Part shown: positions 1 through 8,092 of the stretch, piece by piece
Position numbering within the stretch: the stretch's first letter is position 1
Layout: each line of letters begins with the position of its first letter
DNA from: Promethearchaeota archaeon
Lineage (GTDB): Archaea > Asgardarchaeota > Lokiarchaeia > Sigyniarchaeales > SOKP01
Assembly: GCA_016839745.1 (NCBI GenBank)
Contig: JAEOTS010000175.1
Location: 1-43,704, forward strand
DNA length: 43,704 nt
Reading direction: 5' to 3'
The notes under the pieces: generated by a model
What the model was told of the DNA's origin: nothing
Seen by the model: the letters and a program-made list of their open reading frames with translations, nothing else
Database searches by the model: none
Program-made: the position numbers and the translations under genes

Positions 1-21
1 AATTCCTAATGCTTTTCCCAT
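1..21 (-). CDS. 5' end of a CDS running off the window (MGKALGI...)
   Basis: ATG at 21-19 on the minus strand, preceded by an SD-like GAGGGTG; the frame is open to the window edge. Confidence 0.5.
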
Positions 22-109
22 TTTAAACACCCTCTAAATTTAAAAACAATAAAAAAAATTTTTATTTAAATATTTTTTCCATTAAAAAGGAAAAATGAAA
101 ATTGTTTGC

Positions 110-598
110 CTAATATCTCGTTCTTGAAGCCTGAATTCGTAACTTCGCTTTGGTTTGTTCCTTAGAGTCTTGCAAAATATCGTATCGAGTTTTAGAAGGA
201 AGAACTATTTCATACATTTCTTCTGCAATTGTGGAGTCCTTCTTTAGATGATCTTGTTCTCTCAATATTATTTTTACTCTTTCTACAGCCTCAGCTCCTG
301 CTTTTACTGTTTTAAATTGGCTCCATATGTTCATATCGGCCTTAGATGTAAAGTTTTGATTCCTTTGAAGCTTTATAGTACCTTTATTTGGGAATCTCGA
401 CTTAAAAACTTTAGGACCGTCCGCTTTGAAATAGAATTCGCCGCGCCATCCCATTATATCGTAATCTTTTAGAGTTTTTAAGCTCATTAAGTCAATACTA
501 ATAAGATAACGTTCTTTTTCTTCTCCAACTTGGTCTTGTTCAAAACTCTGGTCCTTAGCGTATGTTTTTTTACCTTTTGCGTAATATCTTCTAGACAT
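110..598 (-). CDS. hypothetical protein, probable C2-like beta-sandwich domain
   Basis: 162 aa; GTGAT SD; pattern ISIDLMSLKTLKDYDIMG-GEFYF...VKIILREQDHLKKDSTIAE resembles C2 strands and Ca-binding loops. Confidence 0.6.
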   Translation of the reverse strand: MSRRYYAKGKKTYAKDQSFEQDQVGEEKERYLISIDLMSLKTLKDYDIMGWRGEFYFKADGPKVFKSRFPNKGTIKLQRNQNFTSKADMNIWSQFKTVKAGAEAVERVKIILREQDHLKKDSTIAEEMYEIVLPSKTRYDILQDSKEQTKAKLRIQASRTRY

Positions 599-824
599 TG
601 TAGATCACTTTTACAATATTAAATTATTTGAGATTTTGATTTTAAATCTAATAGAGGTTAAGATTTTATATTTCTTTATTAGTTAAATAATCTGATAATA
701 ATGGAATAATAATTAAGGGCTTAGAACATTAGAACTATCTTTTCTCTTATGAAATCCGAAATTTTAATTAGTTAACCAAGATAATGTTAAAATTATACAG
801 AAAAAGTTTTTAGGAGATAATAAA

Positions 825-1472
825 TTGACTCACGAGCAATTTTATAAGGAAATTTCTGATGCTATTGTAAATTTAGAAAAGGAAAAAGCCATTGAACTAG
901 CAAATAGGGCTGTAAACGAAAATATGAATTTACTGGAAGTAATTGAAAAAGGATATGGAGATGGAATCCGAAGAATTGGAGATTTATGGGAAGAAGGAGA
1001 ATTTTTTCTACCCGAATTAATGCTTGGTGGTACAATTATGCAAGAATCCATGGACATTCTCTTACCAAAGTTAAAAAATAGTGGGGAAAGGATAAGTTCA
1101 GGAGCTGTAGTGATAGCGACAATAGAAGGAGATATTCATTCGATAGGAAAGACTATTGTGGGTACAATGTTAAGCGCAAATGGTTTTGAAGTTTATGACT
1201 TAGGCGCTGACGTACCTGTTGAGAAAATCATTGATACTGCTATTGAAAAGAAAGCTGATGTGATTGGAGTTTCTGCCTTACTTACTACCACCATGTTTGG
1301 TCAAAAAAAAATAGTTGATATTTTAGAAAAAAAAGGGATAAGAAATAAATTTAAAGTTATCATTGGAGGAGCTCCCGTTAATCAATCATGGACTGAAGAA
1401 TGTAAAGCAGATGGGTTCGCTGGTAGCGCTGTAGAGGCTGTCAAATTAGTTAAAGAATTATTGAATAAATGA
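825..1472 (+). CDS. methyltransferase cognate corrinoid (B12-binding) protein, MttC/MtbC-like
   Basis: N-terminal cap domain (GDLWEEGEFFLPEL), DxHxxG motif (GDIHSIGK), SALLTTT, IIGGAPV; GGAGA SD before the TTG start. Confidence 0.93.
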   Translation: MTHEQFYKEISDAIVNLEKEKAIELANRAVNENMNLLEVIEKGYGDGIRRIGDLWEEGEFFLPELMLGGTIMQESMDILLPKLKNSGERISSGAVVIATIEGDIHSIGKTIVGTMLSANGFEVYDLGADVPVEKIIDTAIEKKADVIGVSALLTTTMFGQKKIVDILEKKGIRNKFKVIIGGAPVNQSWTEECKADGFAGSAVEAVKLVKELLNK

Positions 1473-1497
1473 AAATCAATTAATAGGGGTAAAAATT

Positions 1498-2379
1498 ATG
1501 TTATTTCACGATTGGTTAAAAAATGATTCCAAAATCGTATTATTTGACGGAGGAATGGGATCAGAAATATTCAAACGTGGTATTAAGCCCGGGAAGCTTC
1601 CTGATACGCTTAATATCGAAAAACCCGATGTCATCTATGAGATTCACAAAGCATATTATGATGTAGGAGCAGACATGTGCCAGTCTAACACATTTGGAGC
1701 AAGCTATTTAAACTTACAAACCTACAAAGTGGAAAATCAAATTGAAGAAATAAATAAACGGGCATTAGAAATCATCAAAAAAGCTTGTCCTCCCAATCAT
1801 TTAATTGTAGCTGATATTGGTCCGTCTGGTCAATTTCGACCTCCCGTAGGTAAAGCCACACCAGAGCATTGGGTATCGAGCTTCACAAAACAAGCAAGTA
1901 TTTTAGAAAATGGAGTAGACCTCTGGCATATTGAAACAATGTCCGATATTGAAGAAATGGTGGCTGCAATAGAAGCGATAAGGAGTATTTCAACAAAACC
2001 GATAATTAGTTCTATGACTTATAAACAAACTAAGAGAGGATTTTTTACTATAATGGGTGACTCATTGGAAAAATGCGTGCAGATACAAGAAAACGCAAAT
2101 GTCGATGTAATTGGTGCTAACTGTACACTAGGTTCTGATGAGATGGTACATTTAATAAAAGAACTAAAAAACCTTACTGATAGACCGATTTCTGCAAAAC
2201 CAAACGCTGGGCAACCAAGAATCGATAGTAATAGTAGAGCACATTATGACCAACCCATTAAGGATTTTGTGAGTGATATTCGCGAAATAATTCAATTGGG
2301 TGCTAAAGTCGTCGGGGGATGCTGTGGAACATCTCCAGATACGATACGCGAAATTAGAAAAGTAATTGATTCATTATAG
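1498..2379 (+). CDS. homocysteine S-methyltransferase family protein (stand-alone MetH Hcy-binding domain)
   Basis: FDGGMGS, HKAYYDVGAD, IETMSD, GANC, PNAGQP and GGCCGT Zn-binding cysteines. Confidence 0.92.
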   Translation: MLFHDWLKNDSKIVLFDGGMGSEIFKRGIKPGKLPDTLNIEKPDVIYEIHKAYYDVGADMCQSNTFGASYLNLQTYKVENQIEEINKRALEIIKKACPPNHLIVADIGPSGQFRPPVGKATPEHWVSSFTKQASILENGVDLWHIETMSDIEEMVAAIEAIRSISTKPIISSMTYKQTKRGFFTIMGDSLEKCVQIQENANVDVIGANCTLGSDEMVHLIKELKNLTDRPISAKPNAGQPRIDSNSRAHYDQPIKDFVSDIREIIQLGAKVVGGCCGTSPDTIREIRKVIDSL

Positions 2380-2395
2380 AAATTAATAGTAGAGT

Positions 2396-3832
2396 GTGAA
2401 CACAATAATGGGAATATTAAGACCGAAAGTACAGGTATTAGATGAAGAACATAAAAATAAGATATATAACGAGGCTAAATACATATTAGAAAATTTGGGT
2501 ATCTTTTTAGAAAATGAAGATGCTGTAGAGTTGTTTAAAAACGAGGGAATTACTCATGAAGGCTCACGATATTTCATTCCTTTCGATTTAGTAGAAAAGT
2601 GTCTCAAAACAGTTCCAAACGAAATTAAATTATTTGATAGAGAAGGAAAAGAACATATCACTCTGGCAGCGGATAATGTTCACTTCGATCCTGGTTCTGC
2701 AGCAATTTTGTACTTTGACGAAACTACGGGAGAAATTAGAAACGCAGTTAAGGAAGACTTTGTGAGATTTTCTAAAGTGGTTGAGCATCTAAAATACATA
2801 GAAGCTCAAAGTACTGCCTTGATTTATCAAGATGTGCCGAAAGAAGCCCAAGATTGGCATAGATTAGCTACAGCTTTAATAAATTGCTATAAACCAGTTG
2901 TGACAGGAACATTTCGTAAAGAAAGTTTTTCAATAATGAAGGAATTATTGCTGAGTTGTAGACTCTCTGAAGACGATTTAGCGAGGAAACCATTAGCAAT
3001 TTTTGATGCTTGCCCTAGTCCTCCCTTAAAATGGTCGGATCTCACTACTCAGTCCCTTATAGATGCTGCAGTGAGTATGATCCCCTCTGAGTTCGTTTCT
3101 ATGCCGTTAGCAGGGGCCAGCGCTCCAATGAGTTTAATAGGTTCGATAACTCAGCATTGTTCTGAATGTCTAGCAGGAGTTGTAATTGGACAGTTAGCAA
3201 AAACAGGCGCTCCCTTGATATGGGGAGGCTCACCAGCAATTTTAGATATGAAGCAAGGAACCACTCCAATGGGAGCAATTGAAACCATGATGATTAATTT
3301 AGGAGATGTAGAGATGGGCAAATTTCTAAAAATGCCCACTCATGCTTATATGGGTTTAAGCGATTCTAAAGTTCCAGACGCTCAATCTGGCTTCGAAGCA
3401 GGCATGGGTGCTCTTTTAGCAGGGCTTGCGGGAGTTAACATGGTTTCGGGAGCTGGCATGCTAGATTTTGAATCCACCCAAAGCATTGAAAAATTAATAA
3501 TAGATAACGAGATAGCAGGAATGGTAAAAAGACTTATAAGAGGTGTAGAAGATTACGGGACGCCTTTTGCGTCTGATATCATTAAGGATTATGATAATAA
3601 AGAAGAATTGCTTTCACATCCCTCAACATTAAAATTATTCAGAAAAGAGCTTTTTATGACTGGTCCAGTAATAGATCGCATGTCTCGAGACATGTGGAAG
3701 GAGTCAGGTGCGAAATCTGCTCGAAAAAGAGCAAAGGAGCAAGCGTCGAAATTGATAGATAAAAGTCCTCTAAGACCTATTGATGATAATCTAGCTAAAG
3801 AATTAGAAGCCGTTTCTTTAAAATTTCTATAA
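2396..3832 (+). CDS. trimethylamine methyltransferase (MttB) superfamily, non-pyrrolysine member (start may be ATG at 2408)
   Basis: SPPLKW, GASAPMSLIG, GAPLIWG, SDSKVPDAQSGFE, GAGMLD, LIIDNEI; no in-frame TAG. Confidence 0.9.
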   Translation: MNTIMGILRPKVQVLDEEHKNKIYNEAKYILENLGIFLENEDAVELFKNEGITHEGSRYFIPFDLVEKCLKTVPNEIKLFDREGKEHITLAADNVHFDPGSAAILYFDETTGEIRNAVKEDFVRFSKVVEHLKYIEAQSTALIYQDVPKEAQDWHRLATALINCYKPVVTGTFRKESFSIMKELLLSCRLSEDDLARKPLAIFDACPSPPLKWSDLTTQSLIDAAVSMIPSEFVSMPLAGASAPMSLIGSITQHCSECLAGVVIGQLAKTGAPLIWGGSPAILDMKQGTTPMGAIETMMINLGDVEMGKFLKMPTHAYMGLSDSKVPDAQSGFEAGMGALLAGLAGVNMVSGAGMLDFESTQSIEKLIIDNEIAGMVKRLIRGVEDYGTPFASDIIKDYDNKEELLSHPSTLKLFRKELFMTGPVIDRMSRDMWKESGAKSARKRAKEQASKLIDKSPLRPIDDNLAKELEAVSLKFL

Positions 3833-3859
3833 TAATATTTATTGTTTTCTTTTTTTAAA

Positions 3860-4567
3860 TTATAGAAGTTTATCCAATAATTTAGATATTTCCTCACAAT
3901 ATATTTGTGCTCCTTTACTATTAAGGTGTCCTCCATCAATAGTCAAACTGAGATTTCTTCTACTACTTATTTTATCAGCCCATCTCGATTTTTTAGACCT
4001 GAAATAATCAATCATAAGGTTTATTGGATTATCCATAAGGTAACTACTTGAACTACTATTTATTATAATATCGTCAAAGCTTGAACTAACATCAACAATA
4101 TTGGTATTATATTTATCTCCAACTCTCTTTATTTGCTCGTTAATTAGTCGTCTATTTTGATTTAGCTGAGAATTATAAATTTCTCCTATGCAACTTAAAG
4201 TCGTTATTACTATTTTAGCGTTAGTTAGGGATGTTATGGTTTTTAACCTTTGCTCGAGTAAATTGCCCATCTCTGACACAGGAGTTACCTGTTTTATACT
4301 CATAAAAGGCCATCTTTGTTTAATGTGTGGTAAGAGAAGATCGTTAATACCAGCTTCAATTACTAAAAGATCATATTTGTGTTTATCTTTCTCTAGAATC
4401 TTTATAAGGCGTTTGGTGACCTCTTGTAGCGTTTCTCCACCTTTTCCTTTATTATGGCAAATAGAATCAGGAAATCTACGTTTGATCAGATCTACAAAAT
4501 TTATACCTAATTTTCCTTCAGTTAAACTATCTCCAATAAAAAGCAATTGATATCTCATAAAAATCAA
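3860..4567 (-). CDS. SGNH/GDSL hydrolase (lipase/esterase)
   Basis: IGDSLTEG, NKGKGG, AGIND and DGGH catalytic blocks. Confidence 0.9.
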   Translation of the reverse strand: MIFMRYQLLFIGDSLTEGKLGINFVDLIKRRFPDSICHNKGKGGETLQEVTKRLIKILEKDKHKYDLLVIEAGINDLLLPHIKQRWPFMSIKQVTPVSEMGNLLEQRLKTITSLTNAKIVITTLSCIGEIYNSQLNQNRRLINEQIKRVGDKYNTNIVDVSSSFDDIIINSSSSSYLMDNPINLMIDYFRSKKSRWADKISSRRNLSLTIDGGHLNSKGAQIYCEEISKLLDKLL

Positions 4568-4656
4568 TATTCTTTACTATTCTTTTATAATTTTTGGTCT
4601 ATAAGTACATTTTTAGAAAAGGTTTGAGATAAAATAGAATATATTCCAAATTTTTA

Positions 4657-5583
4657 TTATTTATAATTTATTATTAACACAGCGATTAAAACAATAAAAC
4701 CTCCCATAAGGTTCCATATTAGTATAATCTCAGCTCTATTCAAAAGTATCGAAAAGATTAAAGTTAAAAAAGGTTCTACATATAAGAATGAGGCTCCTTT
4801 TGAAGATTTAAGTTCCTTTTGGGATTTTTGCCAAATAAAATAACCAATTATATAACAACCAACACCTAAATATAGGCCAGTTATTAAAACAACGACATTA
4901 GCTAAATTTTGGATAAAAATTAGTAGTTCGTTATTTATTAAAACGAAGATAAACAATTCCACTGTTCCAAGATAAGCTATATATTTGAGTGTAATTAAAT
5001 TAGATTTCTCTTTGGATATCTTTTTTGTAACAATTGTATACACCGCCCATAACAAAGGTGTTATAAGAGCGTATATATACCCTAAGAAATTAGGTGTTTT
5101 AGGAGTAAGTGTTCCTAAATCGCCCCCCGTCACTAATAAAAAACCTCCAATTGTAGCAATACCAAATCCTATTAGTTTGATACTTGTTAATTTTTCTTTA
5201 AAAAAAAATAAAGCTAAGATAGTGATTAATACGGGAGATAATAAGCACACAAATAAAGCCGGTAGAGAAGGTCCGATTAGATCAATAGCAGAATATTGAA
5301 TAGCGAAGAAAAGCGTAAGCCCGCAAAAACTAGCAATAATAATGTACATCCATTCCCTTTTAGAGTAAAGAACTTTTTCTTTTTTTTCTTCTAATTTATT
5401 ATATTGTATTTTTCGATTTATGAGTAAGTATATATCAACTATAATAAACACTAATGAGACTATAACAAATCTAGTCAACGCAAGAGACATTGGTGGCATA
5501 AATTCCACTACAATATCTACAAGAACAAATGAAAAACTCCAGATAAATACCATGAATACTAGTAACGCGTAAATTATCAGCAT
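4657..5583 (-). CDS. DMT/EamA family transporter
   Basis: about 10 hydrophobic segments in two EamA repeats (IWSFSF...LTRF; WAVYTIVTK; LYVEP). Confidence 0.88.
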   Translation of the reverse strand: MLIIYALLVFMVFIWSFSFVLVDIVVEFMPPMSLALTRFVIVSLVFIIVDIYLLINRKIQYNKLEEKKEKVLYSKREWMYIIIASFCGLTLFFAIQYSAIDLIGPSLPALFVCLLSPVLITILALFFFKEKLTSIKLIGFGIATIGGFLLVTGGDLGTLTPKTPNFLGYIYALITPLLWAVYTIVTKKISKEKSNLITLKYIAYLGTVELFIFVLINNELLIFIQNLANVVVLITGLYLGVGCYIIGYFIWQKSQKELKSSKGASFLYVEPFLTLIFSILLNRAEIILIWNLMGGFIVLIAVLIINYK

Positions 5584-5678
5584 TTTATCAAGATAGTTTA
5601 ATCAATATTTTATATTTGCTTTATTTTATTATATTATTAAATTAAGAGCCATAATTATTTTTTTTTAATAAAGAAGTC

Positions 5679-6275
5679 TTGAAGGATATTATATTTTCCA
5701 TTAATCTGGGTTTGATAGGAACTGAAGATTCGAAGTTAGAGATATTTATAGATTATCTGAAAGAAATGGCATTAAAATACTCCTCAAAAAACTTAATATA
5801 TGAATTTTTTCTTCAATATGAGGGCATTCCTATAAAATTGAGAATTGCAATTGCCAATGAATTTGAAGATCTAATCCATAAAAACGAGTATTTTAAGCAT
5901 TTTGATGCAATAATAATAGCGGTGAATCTTTACAATATTAATTCGATTTCTAACTATTCAATTCAAAGTTTTTCAGATTTTCGAAATTTTTTTAACTTCA
6001 ATGGCATATCCGTTTTAGTTGGTGTAGATACTTTTTTAGTTTTTCAAAAAGAACCTCCAAATAAGAGAAACATAACAGAATTTAACTTAATCCAAAAAAC
6101 CAAAGAACTTGAATTTCTTTATTGCTTAAAAATTCAAGATAAAAAGAAAGACCTTACCGATCTATTCAACAAAGTTTTAAATTACATCAACTTAAAATTG
6201 AAATTTTTAAACCCTGAATTGTTTAAACGAGCAAAATCAAATGGAGAGGAATCTAATGGACGAGGATCTCTCTAA
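5679..6275 (+). CDS. degenerate Ras/Rab-like small GTPase fold protein (pseudo-GTPase)
   Basis: segments align by eye with Rab (INLGLIG; IKLRIA; YFKHFDAIIIAVNL; VLVG; LTDLF) but the G1/G3/G4/G5 motifs are missing. Confidence 0.6.
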   Translation: MKDIIFSINLGLIGTEDSKLEIFIDYLKEMALKYSSKNLIYEFFLQYEGIPIKLRIAIANEFEDLIHKNEYFKHFDAIIIAVNLYNINSISNYSIQSFSDFRNFFNFNGISVLVGVDTFLVFQKEPPNKRNITEFNLIQKTKELEFLYCLKIQDKKKDLTDLFNKVLNYINLKLKFLNPELFKRAKSNGEESNGRGSL

Positions 6276-6353
6276 AAATATCAAATCATTTAGACCAAAC
6301 CTGCATAAAAGTAAGATAGTTTATTTTTCTAAGAAGATTTTATTAGCAAAGAC

Positions 6354-6361
6354 TTTATAAT
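6354..6361 (+). promoter_or_regulatory. candidate TATA box for the 6417 gene
   Basis: TTTATAAT preceded by purine-rich GCAAAGAC (BRE-like), about 55 nt before the ATG; AT-rich context makes this weak. Confidence 0.35.
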
Positions 6362-6416
6362 ATTATCAAACAAAAAGATTATATTAAAAATTCCTTCTTT
6401 TTAGAGTTGAAATACT

Positions 6417-6605
6417 ATGGAAGAAGATAAGATCCTTACAATTGAGAAAACAGAAGGTCGTCGCCGTTGTCCATCATGCGGTGAGGAAAATAAAAATATG
6501 ATTCATGAGTCTACTGATAAAAATCGAATAATCAGTGATTATCCACGTGTATATGGAAAAAAATATCGCTGTGGACAATGTGGACAAGAATGGAAAGAAA
6601 ATTAG
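6417..6605 (+). CDS. small zinc-ribbon protein
   Basis: 62 aa, CPSC...CGQCGQEW; followed by a T-tract. Confidence 0.8.
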   Translation: MEEDKILTIEKTEGRRRCPSCGEENKNMIHESTDKNRIISDYPRVYGKKYRCGQCGQEWKEN

Positions 6606-6821
6606 ATAAAATTCCACTCTATTTTTTTATTTTTCCAATTAGGCAACGGACTTTTCTTAAAAAATGATAGTTGTATGAATTATTTTCATCTACTATCGTA
6701 CTAGTTTAAATCACAATTAAATAAGAAAACTACAATTAATAATAATAACAATAAAAAAATTCGATAAAAATAAATTATTGAATGAAAGGATAACCTCTAA
6801 CAAAACAAATGTGATTATACT

Positions 6822-7544
6822 ATGGTTTATTTTCAACTAACACCTGGTCGATTCTTAACCGTTTATATAGCCCAAGGCGTGATTCTAGCGGTTTTTCTTT
6901 ACTTGGCTATCAGAATCTTGCTAAGAGATCGAAAACGATTAAATATAATGTTCGCAGGACTTTATATATCCCCTGCAATTGGAGTTCTTATAAATTTTAT
7001 ATATGCACCCTTAACCGATGTATCTATTGTACTACTCCTTAACTTTTTCACTAACTTTGGGGCGATCTATGCCCCAATTTTTGTTGTAGTTTTTGACCTA
7101 ATTCTCTTAAAATCTGAAAAAATAATATCTACGAGCAAACAATTAGCAATTCTTATCGCTTACGGTATTGTTGTACTTTGCATGGGAATTTTCCTGCTAA
7201 TTCCTGGTTTTGGTGTAACTATTGGACCTCCCAATTGGACCCCTGTCTGGAGCTTCCCAATCTTTGTTTATGTTGTACTTGTTTTAACATGTTGTGCTAC
7301 TATACCAGCGCTTTACTTCTCAATTAAGATTTATCAGAAGTTTGAGGATGAAATTTTAAAGAAAAAGTGGAAGTTCTTCATATATGGGTTTATAGCGCTT
7401 ATGACATTTATGTATTTAATCTTTATTTCTAATACATTAGACAACGCAACTTTCAGATTGGTCTTAGCAGGGACAGGTATAATATTAGCTATTTTAGGCG
7501 GTTTATTAATGTATTACGGAGTTGGGCGCCAAATAGAAAAATAA
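6822..7544 (+). CDS. stand-alone 7TM membrane protein (HisKA_7TM-like or GPCR-like topology)
   Basis: about 7 hydrophobic helices, basic loop KKKWKFF before TM6; GTGAT SD; probable paralogue at 23359. Confidence 0.75.
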   Translation: MVYFQLTPGRFLTVYIAQGVILAVFLYLAIRILLRDRKRLNIMFAGLYISPAIGVLINFIYAPLTDVSIVLLLNFFTNFGAIYAPIFVVVFDLILLKSEKIISTSKQLAILIAYGIVVLCMGIFLLIPGFGVTIGPPNWTPVWSFPIFVYVVLVLTCCATIPALYFSIKIYQKFEDEILKKKWKFFIYGFIALMTFMYLIFISNTLDNATFRLVLAGTGIILAILGGLLMYYGVGRQIEK

Positions 7545-7556
7545 TTTTTAAAACAA

Positions 7557-7570
7557 TTTTTTCTTTTTTT
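7557..7570 (+). terminator. archaeal oligo-T terminator
   Basis: TTTTTTCTTTTTTT 12 nt after the stop codon. Confidence 0.5.
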
Positions 7571-7709
7571 AATGATATAAAATTTTATCTGTTAGAATTA
7601 CCATTATTTATTATAATATCACAATTTTAAAATAATTGAAGGTTAAAATTCATTTTAATCCATTCAAGAAGTAATATTTGTCAATCTCAAGCAAAATTTA
7701 AAGCTTCAA

Positions 7710-8066
7710 GTGTTTCTAATGTCGAACGAGCTCGAACGGGTTAGTGGAATTGGACCTATAGCTGCCACTAATTTGAATAAAGCGGGAGTTAAAACCATTG
7801 AAGAGATCGCAGAGGCTAAACCAGAAGAATTAGCTTGGATAAAGGGAATTGGTATAATCTCTGCGAAAAAAATAATTGAGAATGCAAATAATTTACTAAA
7901 ATTAGAAAAAAATATCCAGCTAGTTCTTAATTCAATAAAGGAAAGTTTTGTGAAAAATTGTCCTAAATGCGGTGGAGGTATGAAGAATAAATATATTATT
8001 CTCGGACCTGAAAGACGATTAAAGGTAAAACAATGCATAGTATGTAAGTTTTACTTACCTGAATAA
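7710..8066 (+). CDS. helix-hairpin-helix (RadA N-terminal-like) plus Zn-ribbon protein (start probably ATG 7719)
   Basis: two HhH motifs VSGIGP and IKGIGI; C-terminal CPKC...CIVC. Confidence 0.8.
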   Translation: MFLMSNELERVSGIGPIAATNLNKAGVKTIEEIAEAKPEELAWIKGIGIISAKKIIENANNLLKLEKNIQLVLNSIKESFVKNCPKCGGGMKNKYIILGPERRLKVKQCIVCKFYLPE

Positions 8067-8092
8067 AAAATTTTTCATAAAAATGTTATAGA

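Noticed and set aside
1470-1497. Selenocysteine read-through of the corrinoid gene TGA
   Set aside because: The protein is already complete, an in-frame TAA follows three codons later, and no SECIS-like hairpin is evident
2396-3832. Pyrrolysine (amber) recoding in the MttB homologue
   Set aside because: The ORF is uninterrupted and the Pyl-equivalent codon is TTA (Leu)
6822-7544. Microbial rhodopsin
   Set aside because: No retinal-binding Lys (DxxxK or SxxxK) is visible in TM7 of either 7TM protein
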